Under the pieces are notes generated by a model. That model searched no databases and was not told where the DNA came from. It saw only the letters and a list, made by a program, of their open reading frames with translations. A stretch of 61,113 nucleotides of DNA, counting the filler, from Stramenopiles sp. TOSAG23-3 (lineage: Eukaryota), in assembly GCA_900128585.1 (NCBI GenBank). It is 12 parts of 12 records of this genome, joined end to end, with 100 filler letters (N's around TTAATTAATTAA, not from the genome) between each part and the next. Parts side by side here need not be neighbours in the genome. Positions count along the whole stretch, not along the records: positions 10,241 to 15,258 come from LT643637.1; positions 15,359 to 20,370 come from LT643638.1; 10 more parts are not named here. The stretch is one strand, 5' to 3'. The first letter of the stretch is position 1; every line of letters starts with the position of its first letter. A program made the translations under genes and the position numbers. Positions 10,985-20,470 of the stretch are shown here, piece by piece.

Positions 10985-13900
10985 ATGACAATAATTCTTT
11001 TCCTTCTCTTCACTATTCTCCACGCCACTTCGGCGACGGAACTCTCTACGGTGGCCTATGGACTCCGTGGCTTGGCCAACGCCTCCACCGGTTTCGTCCC
11101 CGAAAATTTCAAAGAGTGTGAAGCGCACTGTCCCATTCGCAAGATGAAAAATCCAATGGAACAGCTAAACGAGAAACGAAACGCCTTTAATTGCCGCAGA
11201 GACAACCGTCAGGTTTGCGAGAGAAAGACTTGCCACTTGGGCTACCACTGCTTCACAGAGACAAAGGACCAGTGGCGGAAGGATATCGGCCTTCTCTTTG
11301 GCGAGAAGCTGTGTCGGCTTGAAAAGCTGAAGGACAAGGTCCTAAGCAAAGACGAAGAAAAAGAGTGCAGCGAAGAGCGCCACGAGCATATCGAATTTCC
11401 AAACACTGTCACGAAAGGCTTCCTTGGCGACAAGTCCTTCTTCTATCCTCTCGCAGGGCAAGGCGACGGCAAAGAGCTTTGGAACTCGGTTCTCCGCTTT
11501 CTTGACGGCGGTACGGACGAGGCAGGGCTCGTTGGCCGCGGCGGGAAGAAGAGCGAAGAGAAGATTGATCTATTCTGCAAGAAATTCACAGGCGACCGCG
11601 AGGCCTTTCGAAAGAATGCGCAGGAGGTCGGCTTCAAGCTGCCCGCGCTAACCTACGACAAGCTGAAGGCCTTAGCTCCAGAGCATAAGGAGATAGCCCG
11701 GACGACTGCAAGGACACTTCTAAGGGTCTACGCCGAGCTGGTGCACGCGGTGGAAAGCGTCTTGGACGAAAAGGACCGCCTCGTCAAATATACACCAGAA
11801 GAGTCTTGGTGTGGGAGCGTTGAAAATGATCCGGTCTGCAAATACTGGTGCAGAAAACCAAAGAATTGGGAAGCGGTCGTAGGCGTAGCAAACGAAAGCC
11901 TTGCTCTTTTTGAGGGCTGCTTTCGGAACAAGGCCTTTGGGCAGAAACGCTGCACTGGCTCCGACTTTACGGCACTGGAGACAAAAGTGAAGGAACTTGC
12001 TCAGGGCTCGGCAGATTCTGAGTGGCTTTTGACGGCAGAGCATATGATGGGGCAGAGTACCGATGGAAGACTATTTGGGAAAGTTTCAGAAGTCAACGGC
12101 ATAGTAGGCTTTGTGACCGACCCAAGTAAGACTGCACAAAAACCTTTTTCAATGCAAGTCTCTGCTGGTTCGAGCAACACCTGTGGCATAACTTCAGAGG
12201 GTGAGATTGAGTGTTTTGGCGACAATGGCTATGGAAAGTCGAATAATTTAAAACCGAAGCAGGCCTCTTCGGGAAAATTTGTGCAGGTCTCTGTTGGTAA
12301 TTGTCACACCTGCGGCCTGACAACGGAGGGACAGATCGAGTGCTTTGGATGCAATTACCAAGACGGACGATCGAATAATTTTAAACCAAAGAAGGCCTCT
12401 TCAGGGCAATTTGTGCAGGTCTCTGCTGGCTATGAGCACACGTGTGGCCTGACAACGGAGGGTCAGATCGAGTGTTTTGGTAAAGATAGTGAGGGACAAT
12501 CGAATGGCTACAAACCAAAGAAGGCCTCTTCAGGGCAATTTGTGCAGGTCTCTGCTGGCTCTCAGCACACCTGCGGCCTGACAACGGGGGGTCAGATTGA
12601 GTGTTTTGGTAAAGATGGCGAGGGACAATCGAATGGCTATAGCACAAAAAAGTCATCATTCGGGACATATACGCAGGTGTCGGCCGGTAATAAACATACC
12701 TGTGGCCTGACAACGCAGGGCGAGATCGAATGCTTCGGTAGTGATGCCAATGGGCGATCGAATAAATTCAGACCAAAGAAGGCCTCTTCGGGGACATTCA
12801 CGCAGGTGTCGGCCGGTTATGAACACACCTGTGGCCTGACAACAGAGGGCCAGATGGAGTGCTTTGGTAGCGATTGGAACGGACGAGCAAATAAGTACAA
12901 ACCAAAAAAGGCCTCTTTGGGAAAATTTGTGCAGATCTCTGCGGGTTATTCTCACACCTGTGGATTGACAACAAAGGGCCAGATTGAGTGCTTCGGTAGC
13001 GATAGTGCGAAACAAACAAATGGTGATAAACCCGCAAAACCTTCTTCGTTGACATTCAAGGATGTCTCTGCAGGTCATTTTCACACCTGTGGCCTGACAA
13101 CGCAGGGCGAGATCGAGTGCTTTGGTAGTGATGCCAATGGGCGATCGAATAAATTCAGACCAAAGAAGGCCTCTTCGGGGACATTCACGCAGGTGTCAGC
13201 CGGTTATAGACACACCTGTGGCCTGACATCAGAGGGCCAGATGGAGTGCTTTGGTGACAATGGTGATGGGCAATCGAATGGCAAGAATCCGAAGAAGGCC
13301 TCTTTGGGAAAATTTGTGCAGGTCTCTGCGGGTTATTCTCACAACTGTGGTGTGACAACGGAGGGTCAGATCGAGTGCTTTGGTAGTGATGGTGAGGGAC
13401 GATCAAATGGCAATAAACCAAAAAAGGCCTCATCCGGGAAATTTATTCTGGTTTCTGCCGGTATGGCTCACACCTGTGGCCTTACAGCGGAGGGCCAGAT
13501 CGAGTGTTTCGGTTATGATGAAAATGCACAATCGAATAACTTTAAACCAAAGCAGGCTTTGATGGGAAATTTTGTGAACCTTGCCACTGGATCCCGTCAT
13601 ACATGTGGCATAACTTCAGAAGGTGCCATTGAGTGTTTTGGTGACAACGGCAACGGAAAATCGAATAATTTCAAACCAAAGAGGGCCTCGTCGGGAAAAT
13701 TTGTGCAGGTCTCTGTCGGTGATAGTCACACCTGTGGCCTGACGGTGGGTGGTGAGATTGAGTGCTTTGGTAGCGATGGCAACGGACGATCGAATAATTT
13801 CAAACCAAAGAAGGCCTCGTCGGGAAAATTTTTACGAGTTTCCGTCGGTTATGCTTACACGTGTGGCCTGACAACGGATGGCCAGATCGAGTGCTTTGGA

Positions 13901-15076
13901 AACGATGGCGATGGACAAGCTAACGGCTATCAGCCGAAGACTCCCTCGCCGAGATTCTTCTTGTTCAATGGCTGCTATGTTGCCGAAAGAAGGCTTGACT
14001 GCGATTGGAACATGAATCTCTTTTTCGAGGCCGGTATTCTTGTTCATAAAGCCTCCGCACACATCGTTCTTCGCGGTGCCGTGGGGAGCAAGCTTGAAGG
14101 CCAAGAGTTTGATATGAAGAAAATAGGAAACCGTGTGGTATTTGGGTCAAGCCACGACACGATGGTATCTGTTGCCTCGATTCCATACGGAAAGAAATCG
14201 TTTTGGGGACATACAACTAATGGATATCGCAGGAAACTTCTAAGTGCTTTCTACAAACGGGCTGGTACGACCAATGCAAGCCGATCTCCTATGAGAGGTT
14301 TGTTGAAGAAGAAAGCAAGCCTAGAGGCAAAGGTAGACAAAAAAGCCGATATTAATGAAGTAGAAATGTTAAAGGAACAAAATGCGCAGCTAGGAGCGGA
14401 AGTCAAGAAACTTAAAACCCACATGGGCATTGTCGAAGGCGTCGTCAAAAGCCTGCGCACGAATCGACCGTACCCAAAGAAGCCCTCACCACACAGAAAA
14501 TGCGGGAGGGCAATCACCCCGCGCTGGTACTATGAGCTGCTCTCCGATGACCGGCGTCGTGAGGTTGCCGGCTGTGCGAGGACAGCTGTGAATCTTGATT
14601 TGGAGAACACCAATGCCGTCGATGTCAAGGACTTAGCCTTGAACGGTGGCGTGGCGGTGCACGAGGAGGCAGCCCTCTTGGAGCTTGGGAGTGTTTCCTC
14701 GGGGGAGGTGTTGGACAAGCAGTTTGTCTACAAGGTTGAGGGAGAGGCGCCATTTTTGAAAGAGTCCGACCTGATCTACAATTTTATGACCAAGCAGACG
14801 GAGGCTGTCTACGACTGCAAGACGACGGCGAAACAGGTCTGTAGTGCCAGCGAGCACTCGCAGAAGCGAAGTAGCCTCAAAGTGACCGTCTACGAAGACA
14901 AGGAATGGTGCTGCAAGTCGAGTTCCCACGATTCGTGTGAAGAGCACTGCTTAGGTGATCTGACGCACCCCCGAGTGTACACGGTGAAGGTGACAGGGAC
15001 AAAGTATGAAATTCACGACGACCAGAAGCGAAGAAGGCTCTTGGTGAAGCGTTTCCGTGGCGGCGGTGGGTCTTAG
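10985..15076 (+). CDS. Secreted Cys-rich protein with 14 RCC1/BLIP-II-like repeats, a coiled coil and a Cys-rich C-terminus
   Basis: ATG 10985 followed by signal peptide MTIILFLLFTILHATSA; 14 copies of (V)QVSAGxxHTCGLTxxGxIECFG; coiled coil near LEAKVDKKADINEVEMLKEQNAQLGAEVKKL. Confidence 0.85.
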   Translation: MTIILFLLFTILHATSATELSTVAYGLRGLANASTGFVPENFKECEAHCPIRKMKNPMEQLNEKRNAFNCRRDNRQVCERKTCHLGYHCFTETKDQWRKDIGLLFGEKLCRLEKLKDKVLSKDEEKECSEERHEHIEFPNTVTKGFLGDKSFFYPLAGQGDGKELWNSVLRFLDGGTDEAGLVGRGGKKSEEKIDLFCKKFTGDREAFRKNAQEVGFKLPALTYDKLKALAPEHKEIARTTARTLLRVYAELVHAVESVLDEKDRLVKYTPEESWCGSVENDPVCKYWCRKPKNWEAVVGVANESLALFEGCFRNKAFGQKRCTGSDFTALETKVKELAQGSADSEWLLTAEHMMGQSTDGRLFGKVSEVNGIVGFVTDPSKTAQKPFSMQVSAGSSNTCGITSEGEIECFGDNGYGKSNNLKPKQASSGKFVQVSVGNCHTCGLTTEGQIECFGCNYQDGRSNNFKPKKASSGQFVQVSAGYEHTCGLTTEGQIECFGKDSEGQSNGYKPKKASSGQFVQVSAGSQHTCGLTTGGQIECFGKDGEGQSNGYSTKKSSFGTYTQVSAGNKHTCGLTTQGEIECFGSDANGRSNKFRPKKASSGTFTQVSAGYEHTCGLTTEGQMECFGSDWNGRANKYKPKKASLGKFVQISAGYSHTCGLTTKGQIECFGSDSAKQTNGDKPAKPSSLTFKDVSAGHFHTCGLTTQGEIECFGSDANGRSNKFRPKKASSGTFTQVSAGYRHTCGLTSEGQMECFGDNGDGQSNGKNPKKASLGKFVQVSAGYSHNCGVTTEGQIECFGSDGEGRSNGNKPKKASSGKFILVSAGMAHTCGLTAEGQIECFGYDENAQSNNFKPKQALMGNFVNLATGSRHTCGITSEGAIECFGDNGNGKSNNFKPKRASSGKFVQVSVGDSHTCGLTVGGEIECFGSDGNGRSNNFKPKKASSGKFLRVSVGYAYTCGLTTDGQIECFGNDGDGQANGYQPKTPSPRFFLFNGCYVAERRLDCDWNMNLFFEAGILVHKASAHIVLRGAVGSKLEGQEFDMKKIGNRVVFGSSHDTMVSVASIPYGKKSFWGHTTNGYRRKLLSAFYKRAGTTNASRSPMRGLLKKKASLEAKVDKKADINEVEMLKEQNAQLGAEVKKLKTHMGIVEGVVKSLRTNRPYPKKPSPHRKCGRAITPRWYYELLSDDRRREVAGCARTAVNLDLENTNAVDVKDLALNGGVAVHEEAALLELGSVSSGEVLDKQFVYKVEGEAPFLKESDLIYNFMTKQTEAVYDCKTTAKQVCSASEHSQKRSSLKVTVYEDKEWCCKSSSHDSCEEHCLGDLTHPRVYTVKVTGTKYEIHDDQKRRRLLVKRFRGGGGS
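12152..13950 (+). repeat. Intragenic tandem array of 14 units of about 129 bp (43 aa)
   Basis: Recurring acctgtggcctgacaac...gagtg(c/t)tttggt...aaggcctc; units 5-6 nearly identical to units 8-9. Confidence 0.92.
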
Positions 15077-15410
15077 GGCGCTCGAGGTTTTATACTCTCT
15101 ACTGTTGCTGCCTAGCATGGCATGCCTTTCCCCTTCTCCAGAGCAATAATTTTCTGAGGCAACCCCCAAACGGGCTCGTACTGCAAGTGAAGATTTCAAT
15201 TATAATATTTGATACTAATACGTAAACCGTTTCTTAAGTAAGAGAGTTATGACCCCAANNNNNNNNNNNNNNNNNNNNNNNNNNNNNNNNNNNNNNNNNN
15301 NNTTAATTAATTAANNNNNNNNNNNNNNNNNNNNNNNNNNNNNNNNNNNNNNNNNNNNTGCTAACGCTCCAGCCTAAACTCCCATTCCAGTGATATTATC
15401 GTCACCATTC

Positions 15411-16553
15411 CTATGTCATTTCGATCGCTGCATCGATCTTGTTCCCCACCAAAGAGCCCGCTCTCAACTGTGATTCTCCCAACAGTCTTGATATTGCTAG
15501 GCATTTCGACTTCACTTGTCTGCAGTAAACTTTCCAGCTGTCGGATTTCCAACGTCCGAATTCCATTATTTCCGCGTCGCTCGCTCCTCCTTCCCACATC
15601 ATCGTTGCGCCTCCTATCCTTCCTGAGTGTGTGTTGTACGAATTGCTTTCGATCCCTATTTTTTCCAGTGCTCTTTTTAGTCTCTTCGCGTATTCGTCTC
15701 TTGTCAAGTCAAACATTTTCTGATTCGCGCACCGAGCCCCTTCGCATTCCTTCACTCTGTCCCACGCTGTCGCTAACTCAATGGGGTCCCAGCTGCCTGC
15801 ACCGCTGTTCCGGTTCTGTTTCCTTTGGCATAGCACGACGTATTCGGGCAGCCCTTCGTTAAATCTTGATGTTTTTGTTTTTCTCAATGTTAACGTTATA
15901 ATCTGTGACGTTCCGGGCTCCGCGCTTCGTGACCCTGGGGTTCTTATCACTTCTGGCTTGATGTCCCTCCACTCCAGGTTCATTACCTCTGATATCCGTA
16001 ACAATCCAAAAATAGTGAACATTAGGATCGTCGCTGTCTGTAGACCATCCCGGTCTCTCACCTCAATCGCCCTCGACCTTTCCATCTCGTCGACCATTGT
16101 CATGAATATCGGCAACTTCCTCTTCTTCCCTGATCCGAATTGTTTCTTGATTCTCTGCATCATTTCTTCTAGTGCTATCGTCGGGTTCCATTCTTCTCTC
16201 GCTTCCTTTGTTGCTCGTATTAACGCCGCTAAATATGCGTTGAACGAATCTGCTGAAGTCATGGCCAATTTTCCTGCGTTCGCTCCTCTTATGACTTTTC
16301 GCTCGGTATTCCACTGCAACCAGTCTGCTATCCTTGCTGTCATTTGCTCTCTGTCTTGCCAACTGGTTCCGAATTTTACGTACGTATCTTGCCCAAATTC
16401 TCTGCAGAAGTTGCACCAATTCTTCACTCCGGTGGCTGTTGATTTCCGTGTGTTCGACGCATATCCATATTTGTAGTTATCCGTTCTACGGCGTTCCGCC
16501 AACTCTGTTCGTCTGTGGTCTTGAGTTTGTACCTCACCTGTTTGAAATTTGGG
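15411..16553 (-). CDS. Tyrosine recombinase (integrase) of the retroelement
   Basis: Catalytic set FGLLRISE (R), RKTKT (K), THSGRIGGAT (HxxR), GRWKSDSWKVY (W/Y). Frame open from the TAA at 16560-16562; no ATG until about 70 codons in. Confidence 0.88.
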   Translation of the reverse strand, partial: PKFQTGEVQTQDHRRTELAERRRTDNYKYGYASNTRKSTATGVKNWCNFCREFGQDTYVKFGTSWQDREQMTARIADWLQWNTERKVIRGANAGKLAMTSADSFNAYLAALIRATKEAREEWNPTIALEEMMQRIKKQFGSGKKRKLPIFMTMVDEMERSRAIEVRDRDGLQTATILMFTIFGLLRISEVMNLEWRDIKPEVIRTPGSRSAEPGTSQIITLTLRKTKTSRFNEGLPEYVVLCQRKQNRNSGAGSWDPIELATAWDRVKECEGARCANQKMFDLTRDEYAKRLKRALEKIGIESNSYNTHSGRIGGATMMWEGGASDAEIMEFGRWKSDSWKVYCRQVKSKCLAISRLLGESQLRAGSLVGNKIDAAIEMT

Positions 16554-18473
16554 ATTCTGTTAGTCACTGATCGAAAATCTGTCAAGTCGTCTCGGCTTAG
16601 TGCATCTGCTAGTCGGTTATCTTTTGATGAAATCCATTCTACTCGTGCTCTGCTTTTGCTCTCTGTTCTCCAGAATTTCAGTATTGTTCCTGCCTTTATC
16701 ATGGCTTTCACAATTAAGCGTACGATGATCGCCAAGTCCACATCTTTTGCTCTTCCTTTCTTGAGGGCGCTTGTCACACTCATGTTATCGCACCTCAGTG
16801 TCAAGTTGACCTTCCTACGGCTTAATTTCTCGCCAAACAACGCTATCAGTGCAAATACTCCTAAGCCTTCCTTGATGTGAATTTTTAAATCTTTTTCCTT
16901 TTCGTTCCATTTTCCGTACGCGTAACCGTCCATGCATACTGCCCCCCATCCTATACTACCAGACGCGTCTGAGGCCGGGGCGATCGTTCCCCTTGCTAAG
17001 CTGAATCCTTCCTTTGGAACGTCTTCCCATTTCTCTCTCATTAGCTTCTGCTTTCCGTTCCAGTTCTCCAAGTGATATAAAATTTCGATCCAATCGTGAC
17101 GAATGTCTTCTAACATTCTCACTCTGATTTCATCGGTCCCTTTACTTCTCTTGCGTTTCTTTCCACTTCCTGTTGATCGTTTTCTGTGACCATTCTTGAT
17201 CGCCCGTATCATGCTCCATGTACTCGTGAGGTACATCCGGATCTGTGGAATCGCTGTCGTCGTCCAGTTCACGACCCCTGTGGTTGATTCCCACTCTCGT
17301 AGTATCCTTTTGAAACCGACCGTCATGAATGCTTTCATTTCGTCCATAATCTCCACGACCCTAGGCCGTGGGATTCCAACCGTCAGGTTGGCCAGGTCGT
17401 ACATCAACCCCAGTACTGTCAACTCGCTGCTTCCTTTAACCCCATTTGGGTTGTCCTCTAAGAACTTTTTGTCTTGTCGTGGTATCTTCCACCTTTTGAA
17501 GAGGTCTAATGCCACCTGGACTGCTTTAGCGATTACGCTCTCATGCGCTATAATTACCAAGTCGTCAAAATACATCGCCGCTCTCGCTCCCCATTTACCA
17601 AAGTCTGTCTTCGTCACTAAGTAGGTGATAATTAACAATGGTAGTCTCAGAAAATTGTATACCGACGTTTTTAGTCCAAACGGCCATCTCTTGTGGTACG
17701 CTCTTTTCTCTCCGACTCGGAAACCTAGCGCCCACCAGTCCGCTGGGTTCGTGCATATCGTTCGAAACGCTGACTTAATGTCGATTTTCACACCTTTTAT
17801 TCCTCTCGGGTCTAGCCCTTCCCGCACGCACCAATCATGCACTTCCCAGATGTTATCATGCACTCTTTTCCCTTGCGGGAGTTCTAGCTTCTCAAACCTG
17901 CCCGTCTCTTCGTTGATCGAAAGGCCATCATGCCCTATTGCGGAGAAGTCGCTAATCGTCCTGCAGTTGTAAGGGTCGCCTCTTTCTTTTGCTTTTCTAT
18001 CAACTCGTGCTTTTGGGATCGCTCCTTGTTTCGTTTCCCGGAAGATCCTCATATTTTCCCCTCTGATCGCCACGTAACCCGCGCTCAATTCTTCTTCAAA
18101 TTTCTTGCTGACCTTCTCCTGTGCATTCTTTGTCATCGCGTAATTCGATTTTATTTCCACTGTCTTAAACGGTAATTCGAAGTTGCAGGGGCCTCCCGAC
18201 CTCAGGTATTGNNNNNNNNNNNNNNGGGTCGTACCGGCGACCCCACAGCTTATTTTTCTTTAACCTATCCCTTATCGTCACGAAATCTGCTGACGGGATT
18301 ATCACTTCGTTCAGGTCCCCAAAGTCGAGTGACCTGTAGATAACTTGGCCTTCTTCCACGCTTAATTGTTCAGGGGCGATTCCCATTTCCGCTCCTATTC
18401 TTCTCGCCTCTATCAGGTCTCGCCCAATGTGACCTGGTTGCGTGAGGCTTGGCGTGTGCGTCTCTTCGCCCTG
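16424..18473 (-). CDS. Reverse transcriptase / RNase H (pol)
   Basis: KIDIKSAFR, WPFGLKTS, MYFDDL (YxDD); RNase H SDASGSIGWG, HIKE, CDN, NRLADALSR. Extends upstream of 18160 (QYLRSGGPCNF) across the N gap 18212-18225 to the gag stop. Confidence 0.88.
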
Positions 18474-20287
18474 TCATTTTATGTTTTCCCATCGTGCGGG
18501 GCAACTCGCTCCACATTTGCCTTCCAAACACTTCATTCCTTCTGGGTACACCTTTTCGCACTCGTGGCTCCTTTTGCAATTATCGGACTTGCATAATCTT
18601 GTTCCTTTCATTCCCAGTTCATTTGCTATTAATTTGCCCCCACATGCGAAGAAACAACCCCACGACTTTGTTGCTGGATCCGCGTGGCGTGGAACTTTCG
18701 CTAGTTTTTCTTTGGTAAACTTAAACCCCGGGATGAATTTTGCCATTTTCCTTTGTAGAGCCGCTCTGACCACTTTCTCGTCTGCCGACAATTCGAAACC
18801 CGNNNNNNNNNNNNNNNNNNNTGTAATTCCTCCCACGTCATTCTTGTCACCTCGTCTCGGAGCCTTCTTTGCAAATCGAATTGCATCGTCCTCCATTTCC
18901 CTTCTTCGAATGTGTCTGCAAAGTTTCTTGACACCTGTTGTCCCAGCTCCCAGAGCACTCTAGTGATCGCTTGATGTGTCACTTCCCATACTGTCGTGAA
19001 TTCCCTGTCAATCAGATGTAGCCAATCTTGAATCTTGTTAAAAATTCCTGGGAGCAATGGCTCCCAATATCGTCGGATCAGCGGCAGCGCTGTTTGCGAG
19101 ATCAAATTTCTCCATCTGTCGAATGATGTGATCGCCCGCGCGTCTCTGCTGAGCACATCCCATGCTTCCGCGTCGCCTCCGTCGATACCCAATGAATCCA
19201 CGATTCTTTCCGTTATCGCTAACTCCTTTGCCCGCGACCTTGATTTAGCCGACCTGAGCTCTTTACCGTACTCCTGTTGTCCTTCTCTCGTCAGAATTGG
19301 CGCCCATTTGAAAAGTTCTCCGAGGTCGAACCTAAAAACTGCGAATGCGAGACTCGTGGGAACTACTGCCGTTTCGGCCTGTGACATCTCGTTTTTCAGT
19401 TCCTGAATCATGAGTTTCTCCGGTTTTGATAACGCTTCCATAAACATTTGTCCCTTATATTGTTTGCATTTCCATATCACTTTTGTCGCCGCCGATATAT
19501 ACGCTTGTCGATTGGGAGAGATAGGAGAGTTATACGTACCTGTTTCTGTGAGCCGGGCTTGTGGCGTGGATACTGTTCTCCGGAACTCTGGTAATGCTCG
19601 CATCTGCTCCGCTTCCGGGTATCCATTCCTTCCTAGCTCTTGATATCTCTGTCCGAGTTGCGACGCTGGTCTGAAACCCCCGCCTTCTGGAAAGCTTTCT
19701 GGTAATGTGGGTGGCGATCTCCCCATACGACTATTCAGCGTCGCCAATGTTTCGTCGTGATTTGCACTGGCTAAGTGCATTCGTGAATTCGGGGGAGTAT
19801 AAAACTCTTGTCGTTGCCAACCCACCTGTGTATTCGGCGTATGCCTTGTCGTTAGTATACCCGGATGTGTCCGCTTTGTCCTCTGTGTTTCCAACACACG
19901 GATCTTAGCTTGGAGGGTGTTCAACAACCTATCTCTTTCTTCTTCTGCCGCGCTCTGCGCTCTTGCATCTTCTTGAAGTGCTTGGATAACCTCGTTTTGC
20001 CGTGCCAGGTCGACGTCCCTCTTCTCCACCTCTGCCCTCAGGCTGGTGATCTCCAAATCCTTGTCGTCAATTTCTGGGAAGTCAAACTCTTCCACTTCGT
20101 TCCCTGGCACTGTTAGTGCGTTGCTGCTTGTCCCATCCTCCGTATTCGCCACTGGTTGGGTCTGCGTGTCTGCGGGTGTCCCTGACCCTGATGCGTCGTC
20201 CCCATTGTGCGGTGCGGTCTGCGCATTTGCGGATGGGCGGCTGGGGTTTTGTCCCCGGCCTTTCCTTTTGCTTGTTCTTCTTGGCAT
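18474..20287 (-). CDS. Gag-like ORF1 with coiled coil and C-terminal Cys/His cluster
   Basis: ATG 20287 (MPRRTSKRK); coiled coil LRAEVEKRD...LETQR. After the N gap 18803-18821 comes CFFAC...CKSDNCKRSHEC...CLEGKCGASC, ending in TGA 18474-18476. The join across the gap is inferred. Confidence 0.7.
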
Positions 20288-20470
20288 ACTTAAAAAATAA
20301 TTTTTCAACAACGTTTGGTTTTCTTTTTGTTTTCCTGATGGTAGATTAAATAAATCTAAGCCACTGTTCANNNNNNNNNNNNNNNNNNNNNNNNNNNNNN
20401 NNNNNNNNNNNNNNTTAATTAATTAANNNNNNNNNNNNNNNNNNNNNNNNNNNNNNNNNNNNNNNNNNNN

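Larger units (their letters stand above)
15359..20370 (-). mobile_element. Tyrosine-recombinase retrotransposon (DIRS order; Ngaro-like gag, RT/RNaseH, YR; no methyltransferase seen)
   Basis: Three co-oriented ORFs with gag Cys/His cluster, RT, RNase H and YR motifs fill the whole contig. Termini not visible. Confidence 0.9.

Noticed and set aside
12152-18160. Diversity-generating retroelement (variable repeats near an RT)
   Set aside because: Different contigs; the RT is DIRS-type with RNase H; no non-coding template repeat or adenine-specific variation is evident.
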